The notes: a model not told the origin generated them from the letters alone. DNA of 64,000 bases from an uncultured Rickettsiales bacterium (GCA_964504165.1 CAZDDH010000002.1:24327-88326); one strand, 5' to 3'. Counted from the first letter of the stretch, positions 30,808 through 40,550 are shown. Translations and numbers: made by a program.

Positions 30808-32280
30808 TTGATCACACGCAGCTACGATGCCGTGGTCATCTTCCCTTCTCCCGGTGCGTTCACTGCGGCTGCGGTGCTGGCTGCCCAGGGCAAGCAGGTG
30901 CTCGTGGTCGAAGAGCCCAAACCGGGCCCCGAAAACCGCAGGTATTGTTTCCCCAGCCACCGGCGAGTACTGGCGGGCATCGGTGGCAACACCTGGTTGC
31001 CGCTGGCGCTTCGGGAAATCCAGATCCACCCCCAGGACATCAGCTCGCTCAAGCGCAGCGAGCCCCAGTTCCAGGTCGTGGACTCCAGTCACCGGCTGGA
31101 TATCCCTTCGGATCCCGCGGCCCTGGTCGAGGAGATACGCAGGGAGTTCGGTCCGCGGCGGGCGACGGCGGCCAACAACTTGCTCGCCCGGCTAGAGACC
31201 GCCGGGACCGCCTACGCCGAGACCATCCAGACCGCGCTTTCACAGGAGACCAACGTCGGTCTGCTGGGGCGCATCGGGGTCAAGAAGATCAGCTGGACCG
31301 AGCCCCGCGAAGAGGGTGACGCAGCGGTGAACCTGTCCGAGGCCGCGGCAGACGAGTCGGTGGACGATGCGTTGCTGCGTTTCATCGGCGCCCCGCTGTC
31401 TTTCCTATCCTGCCTGCCCGATCCCGTCTCCGAGCTGGGCCTGGGCCGCGCCGGTAATCTCCTGATGGGCGCCCTCGACGGTCTGTACCAAGATCCGAGC
31501 AATCCGGACGCCTTCCACGAGCTACTGAGACGGCGAGTGGAAGGGCTGAAGGTGGACATCACTTCGGAGGACCATCCCGAACAGCTGGTGCTGGGCTGGG
31601 GACGGCTGCGGGAGATCCGCTTTGCGGGCCGCAAGCAGCCCGTGCGCGCAGAATGCCTCATCACGGGCGACAATCCCCAGCGGTTGACCTCCTGGATGGC
31701 CGACAACCACGCCGAACAATACGAATCCGCAGGCGACGATCTGGTCCCGGAGGCATTCCTGCACAGCATCCGCCTCGGTATCTCCGACGAGGTCGTCCCC
31801 GAGGGCATGTGCGACCACGTGTTGCTCCTCCCCGAAGACGACACCCAAGACGCCGAAGGCTGTCTCCTGATCTCCCTGACGCCCGCGGATTCCAAAGGGG
31901 CGCCCAAGGGCCGGCGCGCCATGACCGTGAGCTGCCGCTTGCCCCTGGAGTTTGCCGAAGATTCCCGCAAGGTCGATCAGGCCTCGCACCGGATGCTGGA
32001 ACGGGTCAAGGATCTGGTTCCATACTTGGAGCGCTTCATCGAGGTGGTCCACATCCCCCAGGCAGGCCCGGCCAGCGATGCCAACCCCTACCCCCTCGAC
32101 ACCCGCCCGGCATGGTTTGCCGCGCCGCACTCCACCGGATCTGCAGGCCTCGCCCTCCCCCACCGCAACGTCTTCTACTGTGGACGGGGAGCCCTCCCCG
32201 CGATGGGATTGGACGGAGAGGTCATGGCGGGAATGGTCGTGGCCCGGTTGGCGGCCCAGGTGATCCGCAAGGGGCGATAG
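30808..32280 (+). CDS. Phytoene-dehydrogenase-like FAD/NAD(P)-binding fold protein with a degenerate Rossmann motif
   Basis: YDAVVI..SPGAFTAAAVLAAQGKQVLVVE N-terminus and the C-terminal NVFYCG...P.MG..G motif. Confidence 0.6.
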   Translation: MITRSYDAVVIFPSPGAFTAAAVLAAQGKQVLVVEEPKPGPENRRYCFPSHRRVLAGIGGNTWLPLALREIQIHPQDISSLKRSEPQFQVVDSSHRLDIPSDPAALVEEIRREFGPRRATAANNLLARLETAGTAYAETIQTALSQETNVGLLGRIGVKKISWTEPREEGDAAVNLSEAAADESVDDALLRFIGAPLSFLSCLPDPVSELGLGRAGNLLMGALDGLYQDPSNPDAFHELLRRRVEGLKVDITSEDHPEQLVLGWGRLREIRFAGRKQPVRAECLITGDNPQRLTSWMADNHAEQYESAGDDLVPEAFLHSIRLGISDEVVPEGMCDHVLLLPEDDTQDAEGCLLISLTPADSKGAPKGRRAMTVSCRLPLEFAEDSRKVDQASHRMLERVKDLVPYLERFIEVVHIPQAGPASDANPYPLDTRPAWFAAPHSTGSAGLALPHRNVFYCGRGALPAMGLDGEVMAGMVVARLAAQVIRKGR

Positions 32281-32283
32281 GGA

Positions 32284-34269
32284 TCAGGGCGGGGTGCACT
32301 GCCCGTAGACGTCATCGCCCCAGCACTCCACGGATCCATCCTCGCGGACCCCGCAGCTGTGCGCAGAGCCGGTCGTCACGGACACGAACTTGCCCTCAGG
32401 TGGCATGGACTGGCCCTGCTTGTTGTCGCCCCAGCAGACGATCTCCTGGTCGATGGTGATGGCGCAGGCATGGCCGGCGCCCACGCTGACCTCCACGTAC
32501 TCGCCCCATGGGGGGTGCGAGGACCCATGGGGATCCCCGCCCCAGCAGATGAGAACGCCATAGCTCTTCAGACCACAGGCGTTGAGACTGCCCGCGCTGA
32601 CGTCGACGTAGCCGTCGCCCCCAGGTACACCGTCGATCTTGCCCCAGCACTTGAGGGTGCCGTTATCCCGCACGCCACAGGTGTGGTAGAGGCCCGAACT
32701 GACCGTGCTGAACTTGCCTATCGGTGCCCGCCGCCGCCCGCTCTGCTCCTCGCCCCAGCACTGGACCGAGCCGTTTTGCAACAGCGTGCCACAGGTGTGG
32801 TACCCCCCCGCGCTGATCTGTGAGAACTGCCCGGCCGGTGAGTACTCGTACCCGCCGGAGCGGCCCCAGCACGTGGTGTTCCCATCCAGATCCATCGCGC
32901 AGGTGTGGTACCCCCCTGCGTCGATCTGGGTGAAGGTCCCCTCCTCCGGTGTGTCGCTCTGACCCCGACGGTTGTCCCCCCAGCAGATGGCCTCGCCGTC
33001 GAGGGTCACGCCACAGGTGTGGAAACCGCCGGCATCCACCTGCAAGAAGCGGTGGTTGGCGGGCGGCCGCTCCTTCTGGGGTTCGAGCTCCTCGAGCCAG
33101 GCGCGGCACGCGGCCACTTCCGGCACCAGGACCTCCCGGGTCACGTCGCCGGCGGTGATCGTCGCGCCCTCGTAGCGCTCGATGTAGCGGGTCAACGCTG
33201 CGATGGCCTCCGGCCCACCCACCAGGGCCTTTTCCTGGGTTCGACGCCAATCGCGTTTGGCTCGCCACCACATCTTGGCCGCAGAGGAGGACAGCTCGTG
33301 TTCGATCTGCTCGTGGTTCGTCCAGGCCTCCAGCCGCTGTTCCGGAGTCAGATCCATCGCGGTGGTGATGGTCCCCTCCTTGACCGCGTCGGCCAGCATG
33401 TCCAGCTCCGGCCCCTTCTCGAGCTTGCCCCCCGTCAGCGGCGCCTGAGGGTTTTTGCCGTGCAGGACGGGGCTCTGGCCCGGGACACCGATGGCGGGGA
33501 ACGCCCGGGCCACGAAGTCCTGGGCTTCCGCCGCGGTCACGCTGCCGTCCCGCGCGCCGTCGAGGGCGCCATCCGCCCACCCGCGCAGGGCCCCGAGGGC
33601 CAGATAGGTGAACGCGCCGTGCCGCGTGTCGAACTGCAGATTCACCGGGCCCGCCGGCTCGGTTCCCATCCAGACCAGAGATTGTTCGGACGCCTCGGGG
33701 AGCTGCACGGCCTCGAAGGGTTTGTCCGGCCGGATGGACTCACCCGTTCGGCCCGATCCGTTGAAGCTGGTATCCAGCAACAACATGGCCTGGGTGCCCT
33801 TGGATTCGATCCGCTGCACGACCTCACTGATGCGGATGCCGCTGGCGACGATGGACTCGTCTTCTGCCGTGGCGGCGATGTCCAGCATCACCGGCTCTCC
33901 GGTGCCCGGGTAGGTGGCGCCGTGGCCCGCAAAGTAGAACCACACGATGCCATCGGCCCCGGTGCCGGACGCCGCCGTGGTCAACGCAGCCATCACCCGT
34001 TCCTTGTCGGCGTAGTGGAGGACCTTGACCCGGTAGGGCGAGATCCCCCGCGTCTCGATGAGGAATTGGTAGACCGCATGGGCGTCCCGCTGGGCGTAGG
34101 GCACGCGCGGGAGCGAGTCGTAATGTTCGAGCCCCAGGATCACGGCCGAATCGTAGGGCGCCAGCACGCCGGACTCCACCGGATCGTGGATATCGGGCAA
34201 CGGATGGGAGGCGGCGAGCATCAGCAGTGCTGCCGCCGGGAGCAACATCATTTTTAGCTTGCGAGACAT
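32284..34269 (-). CDS. Secreted caspase-like (peptidase C14) domain fused to RCC1-like repeats
   Basis: Signal peptide; A.RDA, FYFAGHG, LLLDTSF.G and HGAFTY; about seven repeats of the type AGGYHTC...DG...CWG. Confidence 0.8.
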   Translation of the reverse strand: MSRKLKMMLLPAAALLMLAASHPLPDIHDPVESGVLAPYDSAVILGLEHYDSLPRVPYAQRDAHAVYQFLIETRGISPYRVKVLHYADKERVMAALTTAASGTGADGIVWFYFAGHGATYPGTGEPVMLDIAATAEDESIVASGIRISEVVQRIESKGTQAMLLLDTSFNGSGRTGESIRPDKPFEAVQLPEASEQSLVWMGTEPAGPVNLQFDTRHGAFTYLALGALRGWADGALDGARDGSVTAAEAQDFVARAFPAIGVPGQSPVLHGKNPQAPLTGGKLEKGPELDMLADAVKEGTITTAMDLTPEQRLEAWTNHEQIEHELSSSAAKMWWRAKRDWRRTQEKALVGGPEAIAALTRYIERYEGATITAGDVTREVLVPEVAACRAWLEELEPQKERPPANHRFLQVDAGGFHTCGVTLDGEAICWGDNRRGQSDTPEEGTFTQIDAGGYHTCAMDLDGNTTCWGRSGGYEYSPAGQFSQISAGGYHTCGTLLQNGSVQCWGEEQSGRRRAPIGKFSTVSSGLYHTCGVRDNGTLKCWGKIDGVPGGDGYVDVSAGSLNACGLKSYGVLICWGGDPHGSSHPPWGEYVEVSVGAGHACAITIDQEIVCWGDNKQGQSMPPEGKFVSVTTGSAHSCGVREDGSVECWGDDVYGQCTPP

Positions 34270-34337
34270 GGTTCAAGCCTACTACAGAAGCGCCCGCCGA
34301 TCTGCATGCAGGCGTGCCTTTGAGCCTACATTGATTA

Positions 34338-34500
34338 GCCCGCTTGTCTCACCAGGTGTCGGTATGATCGCGAAGTGAATTGGTTTCACAAGGGATTCCG
34401 CAACCGAGCGTAATACCGAGTGTATTTCCGATGGGAGCGGAATCCCTTGTGGGACCAAGGCGCAAGCGAGGGCCCGACGATCCTGGTGAGACAAGCGGGC
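34338..34500. mobile_element. 163-bp MITE-like element with 19-bp perfect terminal inverted repeats, an internal inverted repeat and TA flanks
   Basis: GCCCGCTTGTCTCACCAGG (34338-34356) pairs with CCTGGTGAGACAAGCGGGC (34482-34500). TA at 34336-37 and 34501-02. Inner inverted repeat at 34380-34401/34437-34458. No transposase. Confidence 0.65.
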
Positions 34501-36641
34501 TAAATCCGTCCGACCTCGACGACCCCCGGCACTTCCGACAGCTTCTGGATCACTTGGCGCAGCTGCGCGCGGTCCCTCACAGCCAGCCCGAAAACCACCG
34601 TTCCGAAACCGTCATCACCGATCTGCACATCACAAGAAGCGATGTTGATCTTCATCAGTCCGATACGTTTGGTCACGGTGGCCAGCATGCCCGATCGATC
34701 CTCCATCACTACGCGGATCCGCGCTTGCTGGGTGCCCCCCGTGGCCCCGGTCCACTCCGTGGGGATCGTCCGTCTGGGATCCAGCCTGGTGGCCTGCGGG
34801 CAGTCGACACGATGCACCGTGATCCCCCGGCCACGGGTGATGTACCCCACGATGGCGTCACCCTGGACGGGCCTGCAGCAACGAGCGATGGTGGTGAGCA
34901 TGCCCTCCAGGCCATGGACTCGCACCTTGGATCCGGAGGCCGCCGATTTCTTGCGCGACAGCTCGTCGCCCATCGCCGGCAGGCTGAACTCTTCCTCCTC
35001 TTCCGGCTCGGGGACCAGGATCTCCATGACCTTGAACAGCGCCAGCGAGCCGTACCCGATACGCACGCACAGCTCGTCCGCGTTCCGTGCCCGGATCTGC
35101 TCGAGGACCTTGTTGAACTCGGCGCTCTTGAGCACCTTGGCCAGCTTGAGATCGTGCTTCTTGAGTTCGTTCTCCAGGGCGTCATAGCCCTCTTGCCGGG
35201 CCTTCTCCCGGGCCTCCTTCTGCAGGTACGCACGGATCTTGGAACGGGCCCGGTGGCTAACCACCATCCGCATCCAGTCCCGGCTGGGGACCTGGTCCTT
35301 GCGGGTGAGCACCTCGACCCGATCGCCGGACTGCAGCTTGTAACGCAACGGCACCATCTGGCCGTGGACGCGCGCCCCCACCGCGTGCTTGCCGACCTCC
35401 GAGTGCACGGAATAGGCAAAATCCAGCGCCGTGCTGCCCAGGGGGAACCACTTCACCTCACCTTGGGGCGTGTAGACGTAGACCTCGTCCGCGAAGAGGT
35501 CCACCTTGACCATCTCCACGAACTCCTGCGGGTCCTGGATCTCGGCCACCATGCGGGACAGCTCGCCCACCCGCGAGATGCGTTCCAGCTCCTTGGGGCT
35601 CAGGGCCAGGTGGCCTTCCTTGTAGCGCCAGTGCGCGGCGATACCCAGCTCGGCCACCTGGTGCATCTCCTGGGATCGGATCTGCACCTCGAATCGCTCG
35701 CCCTGCTTGCCCAGCACGGTCGTGTGCAGGCTCTGGTAGCCGTTGCTCTTGGGCTGCCCGACGTAATCCTTGAAACGTTCGTGGATCGGCTCCCAGCGGG
35801 CATGCACGGCGCCGAGCATGGCGTAACAGGAGGCCACGTCGTCCACGATGACCCGGAAGGCGACCAGGTCCGACACCTCCTCGAAATCCAGCTGCTTGTT
35901 GCGCATCTTGGTATGGATGCTGCTCATGTGCTTCAAGCGGCCGTGCACCGCCCCGTCGATGTGTTGCTCTCGGGCCAGCTCTTCCAGGGCACCGGAGATC
36001 CGCTCGATGAACCGGTCGCTCACCTCGCGGCGGGAGCTGAGCTTCTCTTCGAGCGCCTCGTACCTCCTGGTGTGGAGGATGGCGAACGCCAGATCCTCCA
36101 GCTCACTCTTGAAGGTCTTGATTCCCAGCCGATTGGCGATGGGCGCATAGATATCCAGGGTTTCCTCGGCCAGTCGGCCCCGCCGCGCACCTCCCCCTGT
36201 CTTGAGGGAGCGCAAGGTGTAGAGACGATCGGCGAGCCGCACCAGCAGCACCCGCAGGTCACTGGCCATGGCAAAGATCATCTTGCGGAACGCTTCCGCC
36301 TGATGCTCAGCTGAGCTGCGGTAGTTGACCTGCGCGAGCTGGCACGTGCCACGCACCAGCTCGGCAATTTCGCCCCCGAATTCCTCCTCGATCTGGCCCT
36401 CGGTGAGCCGCTCCTCTTCTACCGAGGGGAACAACAGACCGGCGGACAGGGTGTCCACATCCAACCGCAGATCGGCCAGCAAATCCGCGACGGCGAGGGA
36501 CCGTTGCACACCCGTCTCGACGGTCCCCAGGGCGCCCCCGCCGATCTCCCGCACCCGCATATAGGCCCGCTGCAGGTGTTCCACATCCGCGTCCGCGGCG
36601 TAACACCTCACCTTGTCCAGGAGTTCTTGGCGGGTCAGCAT
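34500..36641 (-). CDS. Long RSH (p)ppGpp synthetase (Rel/RelA-SpoT family) with a degenerate hydrolase domain
   Basis: YAPIANRLG, RFKDY, NGYQSLHT, EVQIRS and AAHWRYK; TGS domain (DFAYSVHSEVG), CC..V.GD.I.GYITRGRG..VH and ACT domain. HD is replaced by FP. Confidence 0.93.
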   Translation of the reverse strand: MLTRQELLDKVRCYAADADVEHLQRAYMRVREIGGGALGTVETGVQRSLAVADLLADLRLDVDTLSAGLLFPSVEEERLTEGQIEEEFGGEIAELVRGTCQLAQVNYRSSAEHQAEAFRKMIFAMASDLRVLLVRLADRLYTLRSLKTGGGARRGRLAEETLDIYAPIANRLGIKTFKSELEDLAFAILHTRRYEALEEKLSSRREVSDRFIERISGALEELAREQHIDGAVHGRLKHMSSIHTKMRNKQLDFEEVSDLVAFRVIVDDVASCYAMLGAVHARWEPIHERFKDYVGQPKSNGYQSLHTTVLGKQGERFEVQIRSQEMHQVAELGIAAHWRYKEGHLALSPKELERISRVGELSRMVAEIQDPQEFVEMVKVDLFADEVYVYTPQGEVKWFPLGSTALDFAYSVHSEVGKHAVGARVHGQMVPLRYKLQSGDRVEVLTRKDQVPSRDWMRMVVSHRARSKIRAYLQKEAREKARQEGYDALENELKKHDLKLAKVLKSAEFNKVLEQIRARNADELCVRIGYGSLALFKVMEILVPEPEEEEEFSLPAMGDELSRKKSAASGSKVRVHGLEGMLTTIARCCRPVQGDAIVGYITRGRGITVHRVDCPQATRLDPRRTIPTEWTGATGGTQQARIRVVMEDRSGMLATVTKRIGLMKINIASCDVQIGDDGFGTVVFGLAVRDRAQLRQVIQKLSEVPGVVEVGRI

Positions 36642-36648
36642 CGGGCTC

Positions 36649-37248
36649 TCAATCGAGGACAGCGGTGACGATCTCGTCGTGGGCCGACCTCAGGACACAG
36701 GATCTCAGCACGGCGATCAGCTCCTCGGCGGCGGTCTCCAGATCTTCGTTGACGATGACGAACTCGTAGTCCCGCGCGCGCTCCATCTCCGCCCGTGCCC
36801 GGGAGAGCCGGAGGTTGACCGTCTGCTCATCGTCGGTTGCCCGGGCCGTCAGACGGCTCTTCAGCACCTCGTTGTCGGGCGGTAAGATGAACACGAAGCT
36901 GGCAGGTTCGCCGGAGGTGCGCACCTGATCGGCCCCCTGCGTGTCGATATCCAGCAGCACCGTCAGGCCGCTGCCCTGCAGCTCGTGGACCGCATCGCGA
37001 GGGGTTCCGTAGTGGTAGCCGTGCACCACCGCGTATTCGAGGAGCTCGCCGCGGGATACCAGATCTGCAAATTGGTCTTCGTCGACAAAACGGTAGTCCA
37101 CCCCGTCGCGCTCCCCCCGTCGCGGCGGACGGGTTGTCGCGCTGACCGAAAACGCCAGTCTGGGGATGACCTCGAGCGCGCGGGAAACCAGGGTGGATTT
37201 GCCAACGCCACTGGGCCCGCTGAGCACGATCAGGGTGCCGCGATGCAT
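36649..37248 (-). CDS. gmk: Guanylate kinase
   Basis: LSGPSGVGKST, SVSATTRPPR.GE.DG.DY, YGTP and LDID.QGA; ATG at 37248 with a GGAGG RBS. Confidence 0.96.
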   Translation of the reverse strand: MHRGTLIVLSGPSGVGKSTLVSRALEVIPRLAFSVSATTRPPRRGERDGVDYRFVDEDQFADLVSRGELLEYAVVHGYHYGTPRDAVHELQGSGLTVLLDIDTQGADQVRTSGEPASFVFILPPDNEVLKSRLTARATDDEQTVNLRLSRARAEMERARDYEFVIVNEDLETAAEELIAVLRSCVLRSAHDEIVTAVLD

Positions 37249-37273
37249 ACGTCCTCCGTCTGTTCGGTGTCCC

Positions 37274-38158
37274 CTACTCGACGTTCTGTACCTGCTCCCG
37301 GATCCGTTCCACTTCGCTGCGGATGTCGATGACACGGTGAGAGATGGCTGCCACGGCCGATTTACTACCCATCGTGTTCGACTCCCGCAACATCTCCTGA
37401 GCCAGGAAATCGAGCTTACGGCCCACGCGCCCGCCGTTCTGCAGCGTCTCGTGGAACACCCTGAGGTGCTCCCGCATGCGGACGATCTCCTCGTGGATGT
37501 CCGCCCTCTCGGCAAGCACCGCAGCCTCGGAGAGCACCCGCTCCGGATCCACCGGGACATCGCCGACCAGGCCCTGCAAACGGACCTCCAGTCGATCGCG
37601 GATCTTGGGCAGCAGCTCGTCGGTGCCGGTCTCCACGCCGTCCAGTTCCCGCGCGATGTGGGCCAGCCGGCGGGCCATATCCTCCGCCAGCGCCTGGCCT
37701 TCGGTCTGCCGCGCGGTCTCGTGGGCCTCCAGAGCCTCTTCTACGGCTTTCAGCAGCGGCTCCTGCACATCCTCCACCCGGGTGACCGACTCCAGGTGCA
37801 AGACGCCGTCCATCCGCGCCAGCTCGATGGCCGTCAGCTCGGGGGACGGCTCCTCGCTCGAGGAGTCCGCCAGCTCTTCGATGGCTTCCCGGTACTGATT
37901 GGCGAGCTCGGTGTTGACGGTCAGCCGGTGAGAGCCGGCCCCCAGCGCCGTGTACCGGATGGTGAGGTCCACGCGGCCCCGGCCCACGTACTGCCGCACG
38001 AGCTTGATCACGTGGGGTTCCATGGCCTGCAGGTTTGCCGGCAGCCGGGCGTGGATGTCGCAGTGTTTGTTGTTCACGGAACGAACGTCACAGCTGATCG
38101 CCCAGTCGGTGCCCGCCTCGCCGTGCCCGAAACCAGTCATGGAGTGAATATGTCCCAT
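37274..38158 (-). CDS. yicC: YicC/YloC-family endoribonuclease
   Basis: SMTGFG, RSVN, RGRVD, DI.EEI.R and GRKLDFL.QEM.RE.NT.GSK...EQVQNVE; upstream of gmk. Confidence 0.93.
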   Translation of the reverse strand: MGHIHSMTGFGHGEAGTDWAISCDVRSVNNKHCDIHARLPANLQAMEPHVIKLVRQYVGRGRVDLTIRYTALGAGSHRLTVNTELANQYREAIEELADSSSEEPSPELTAIELARMDGVLHLESVTRVEDVQEPLLKAVEEALEAHETARQTEGQALAEDMARRLAHIARELDGVETGTDELLPKIRDRLEVRLQGLVGDVPVDPERVLSEAAVLAERADIHEEIVRMREHLRVFHETLQNGGRVGRKLDFLAQEMLRESNTMGSKSAVAAISHRVIDIRSEVERIREQVQNVE

Positions 38159-38235
38159 GCTATCGCCACCTCACGTGCTTTGCCGTCCTCTGGGTGGACC
38201 ATAGGTGATCCCGCCGCTGACCTGCAAGCGCTGCC

Positions 38236-39429
38236 TCAAACGGATGACAATACCCGGGCCAGGGACGCAACCTGCCGGGTGACATCGTGTTGTTCTCCCA
38301 CCCGCTGACGGCCGCCGCGGGCGAGCCGCTCCCGCAACGGACCATCCCCTGCTGCCCTGGCCATGGAATCCGCCAGCTGCCGGCTTCGGTCCGGCTCCAC
38401 GAGAAGCCCGGACACTCCGTCATCGACCAGCTCGGGGATCCCGGAGACAGGTGTGGTCACCACCGGTACCCCCCGGGACATGGCCTCCAGCAGGGCTACG
38501 GGGATGCCATCCTGGTCCCCGTCCACCGCCACGCGGCAGGGAAGCACGAAGAGGTCCACCCCCCGGTGGTAGATTTCCTCGACCCGATCCCGCGGGAGGC
38601 TGCCGTGCCATCGGACCACGGACGCCAGACCGGCCGCGTCGGCCCGTCCCTGCCACCCCTCACGCTCCGGCCCGTCGCCAACCATGTCTACGCGGATGTC
38701 CACCCCGCCGGCTGTCAGCAGCCCTGCGGCCTCCAGCAGCAGGTCGCCCCCCTTCTTGCTCACCATCCGGCCCACGAACAGCACCCGCAGCGCTCCCCCC
38801 GGCTCCTCGGGCGGTGAAGGCCGCGGGACCGGCAGCGGGATCCCCTGATGAATGACCGAGAGCTTGCCCTTCAGACCACCGATACCAAGCGCCAGCAACC
38901 GGTCACGGTTGTACCGGGAGATGGTGACCACGGCTGAGGCGCCGTCGAGGACGTCCCGCAGGGACGGACGGGGGCAGAACAATTCCCGGGCGTGCACCGT
39001 CACCGTGTAGGGGATTCCGGTGGCGAGGTTCACGACCCGCGCCCATTCACTCGCCTCGGCAGCAAAATGCACGTGCAGCTGGCGGACGCCCTGCTGCCGG
39101 CAGTCATCGGCCAGGTACAGGGCCCTGCGCAGGTCCTTGGCGCGGCCACCGATGCCGTCCCACCAGCGGCGGACACCTGGCGCAGCGTTGCCGATCAGGC
39201 TGCGCTTCAGCACCGACGGGTGGTGGGCCCGCGGCACGACTCGGCAGCGGGCCAGCAGATCGTCGAGGCCCGGGTGGACCGGGCCGGCGGGCCCCTCGTC
39301 GATGGCCCACAGCCGGGCCTCGCCCCGGGCCCGCTGCAGGGCGACGATCTCGTCGTAGACGAAGGTCTCCGACACGGTGGGGAAATACCGCAGCAGATAG
39401 CCGAGGTCCCCAGGCCGGAGCGGGCTCAC
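38236..39429 (-). CDS. GT4 glycosyltransferase
   Basis: FPTVSETFV, HVHFA, TVHA, VGRMVSKKG and DGIPVALLEAM...PVVTT.VSGIPE; GTGA overlap start. Confidence 0.88.
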   Translation of the reverse strand: MSPLRPGDLGYLLRYFPTVSETFVYDEIVALQRARGEARLWAIDEGPAGPVHPGLDDLLARCRVVPRAHHPSVLKRSLIGNAAPGVRRWWDGIGGRAKDLRRALYLADDCRQQGVRQLHVHFAAEASEWARVVNLATGIPYTVTVHARELFCPRPSLRDVLDGASAVVTISRYNRDRLLALGIGGLKGKLSVIHQGIPLPVPRPSPPEEPGGALRVLFVGRMVSKKGGDLLLEAAGLLTAGGVDIRVDMVGDGPEREGWQGRADAAGLASVVRWHGSLPRDRVEEIYHRGVDLFVLPCRVAVDGDQDGIPVALLEAMSRGVPVVTTPVSGIPELVDDGVSGLLVEPDRSRQLADSMARAAGDGPLRERLARGGRQRVGEQHDVTRQVASLARVLSSV

Positions 39430-40550
39430 GACGCCTCCAGGAAGGCCAACAGGCGTTGCCCGCGCCTGGCCCAGGTCCACTCCGCCGCGCGTTCCACGGC
39501 GGCCGCCGCCAGGTCATGAGCCCAGGAGCGATCACCCGCAAGCCGGGCGATGGCCGCGCGCACCGCCGACGGGTCACCGGGGGGCACGAGCAGCCCGTTC
39601 TCTCCGTCCCGGACGAAGGCACGGGTGGTGGGCAAATCGGTGGCCACCAACGGCACGCCGCTGGCCAGCGCCTGGATGACCTTGAGGGGGCTGGCAAAGC
39701 GCCGGGTGTTGAGGTCCTCCTTGTACAGGGCCAGCTGGCACAGGCAGCCAGGCAATCGGCCCGCTGCCTCGGCGGGGCCCAGCCAGCCGGTCACCGTCAC
39801 GCCATCGTTCTCCCGGGTCAGGCGGCGGATCCTGGCGTCGGCCGGCCCGACGATCTCCAGCTCCAGCCCCCGGGGCAGACCACCGGCCAGTTCGCGCAGG
39901 CCCGCAGCATCCGCCGGCTGACGGAACAGCCCGGAAGCCATCACCCGCCTCGCGTCGCCCAGCCGCCCCAGCCCCTTCCGGGCGCGCTCATCGTCCAGAT
40001 GGCAGCCGTTTGGTAACACGAGGCAGGGCCGCTCGACGCCCATTGAACGGCGCACGAACTGCTCGAGCCCTGCGGAGACGAACAGGTGGGCATCGGCGGC
40101 CCTGGCGGCTTGCCGTTCCCCCTCGGGCCGCTGGCCGAGAGCCGACGGGACGGCGTGCCACTCCAGGGCGATGCGGGGACGGACCCGGGCCCAGCGGAGC
40201 AGGCTGCCCAGCTGCCTGGCGACGCGGAAATCCCGCGTGAGGACCCAGTCCCAGTGCCCCCGCAGCAGCCCGGCGAGCATCCAGCGGCGGCGCATGCCCC
40301 GCAGGCCCGGATGAGCCCCGTGCACGCGCTCGAGGTCGAGCCCCGTGAGGGGCGCGCCGAGCCACGCTTCTACCTCCTGGAGAGTCCGCCGAGGGCCGGT
40401 ATCGTCCATCACCAGGGTGACCCGGGCGCCGGCCTCCGCCGCCCCCGCGGCCGCCGCGAGCACCTGCAACGGCTGGGGCCGGGGCTGGGCCAGGTCGTGG
40501 CGTGAGACCACGAGCAGGCGCGGAGCACGGGTGCCCTGGAGCCCGCTCAC
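39426..40550 (-). CDS. GT4-like glycosyltransferase (divergent)
   Basis: LEWH, LPNG and SPLKVIQALASGVPLVATDLP...NGLLVPPGD; GTGA-coupled start. The 5' extension in the track is spurious. Confidence 0.75.
   Translation of the reverse strand: MSGLQGTRAPRLLVVSRHDLAQPRPQPLQVLAAAAGAAEAGARVTLVMDDTGPRRTLQEVEAWLGAPLTGLDLERVHGAHPGLRGMRRRWMLAGLLRGHWDWVLTRDFRVARQLGSLLRWARVRPRIALEWHAVPSALGQRPEGERQAARAADAHLFVSAGLEQFVRRSMGVERPCLVLPNGCHLDDERARKGLGRLGDARRVMASGLFRQPADAAGLRELAGGLPRGLELEIVGPADARIRRLTRENDGVTVTGWLGPAEAAGRLPGCLCQLALYKEDLNTRRFASPLKVIQALASGVPLVATDLPTTRAFVRDGENGLLVPPGDPSAVRAAIARLAGDRSWAHDLAAAAVERAAEWTWARRGQRLLAFLEAS

Noticed and set aside
32290-33050. Periodic repeats (CCCCAGCA, CAGGTGTGG) resembling a CRISPR array
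   Set aside because: They are the coding repeats of RCC1-like blades (CWG, HTC). They are degenerate, in frame, and there are no cas genes.
34335-34503. 6S RNA (ssrS) as the primary call for the long hairpin
   Set aside because: Size and central bubble fit, but perfect TIRs, TA flanks, a reconstructable empty site and the absence of zapA/ygfA context favour a MITE. It is not excluded without an Rfam search.
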